DNA of 64,000 bases from contig CM059432.1 of the NCBI GenBank assembly GCA_030390025.1, positions 15,006,001 through 15,070,000 on the forward strand. The letters run 5' to 3'. This document shows positions 63,567-64,000 of this stretch, piece after piece. The notes below the pieces were generated by a model. It was given only the letters and a program-made list of their open reading frames with translations, searched no databases and was not told where the DNA came from. Position 1 is the first letter of the stretch; each line of letters opens with the position of its first letter. The position numbers were made by a program, and so were the translations under genes. This DNA comes from Squalus acanthias. Taxonomy: Eukaryota.

Positions 63567-64000
63567 ATGGAAGCAAGCCTCAGGAGGGAAGCAGTCGACA
63601 AAAAGAACAAAACCAGATTATTTACAGGATGTGATATCTAAAACCAGACTAGTGCGCCCCATCAGAGTGCATCAGTCGTACAGTTTCAAGGACTTCTGGC
63701 AGATCACTGGAGGACCCTACTGCGGTTCATCCTCTTCTCTGCGGTCCACCTCGGTCACATTGAACAAGGACGCCAGTCAGTGGCCTGTTTTTTGTGACGG
63801 CTGCACACAGACTCACAGTGCGACAGGAATCCCAGTGTTATCGGTCAATAATAACTGAGCCAACTCCCGTGTTGTGAACTCAATGCGGTTCCACAGCCCG
63901 TTAGGGAAAAGTAAAAATTTCAGATGGGCTAGGTTGTGGGAAGGAGATGAAAGGCATTAGTCGTGGGTGAGGTACAGCAAATTGGGCGTATCCGCATCAG

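Overview
Eukaryotic, repeat-rich vertebrate DNA. The HE1/V-type SINEs, Deu-domain SINEs and the CR1 tail types point to a cartilaginous fish (shark-like); the species cannot be fixed from the window. The window lies inside a minus-strand receptor tyrosine phosphatase gene, most likely PTPRM. Two coding exons are present: 17960-18268 (309 nt, FN3 domain) and 10813-10922 (110 nt, absent from the ORF track). They are separated by a 7,037-nt intron, and at least 45.7 kb of the upstream intron follows. The rest is transposon-derived (CR1, L2, RTE and Penelope-like retroelements, several SINE families, probable solo LTRs, hAT, PIF/Harbinger and pogo/Tigger elements) or unique intronic DNA. The most notable signals are two families of minimal hammerhead-ribozyme motifs, including a 95/96-identical pair in inverted orientation on either side of the in-frame 309-nt exon; a multi-layer nested insertion stack at 11.4-14.3 kb; and a 41-bp-phased motif array at 56.5 kb. 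Family names come from recalled consensus sequences, not database searches, and boundaries of old elements are approximate. No CRISPR array or prokaryotic system is supported.
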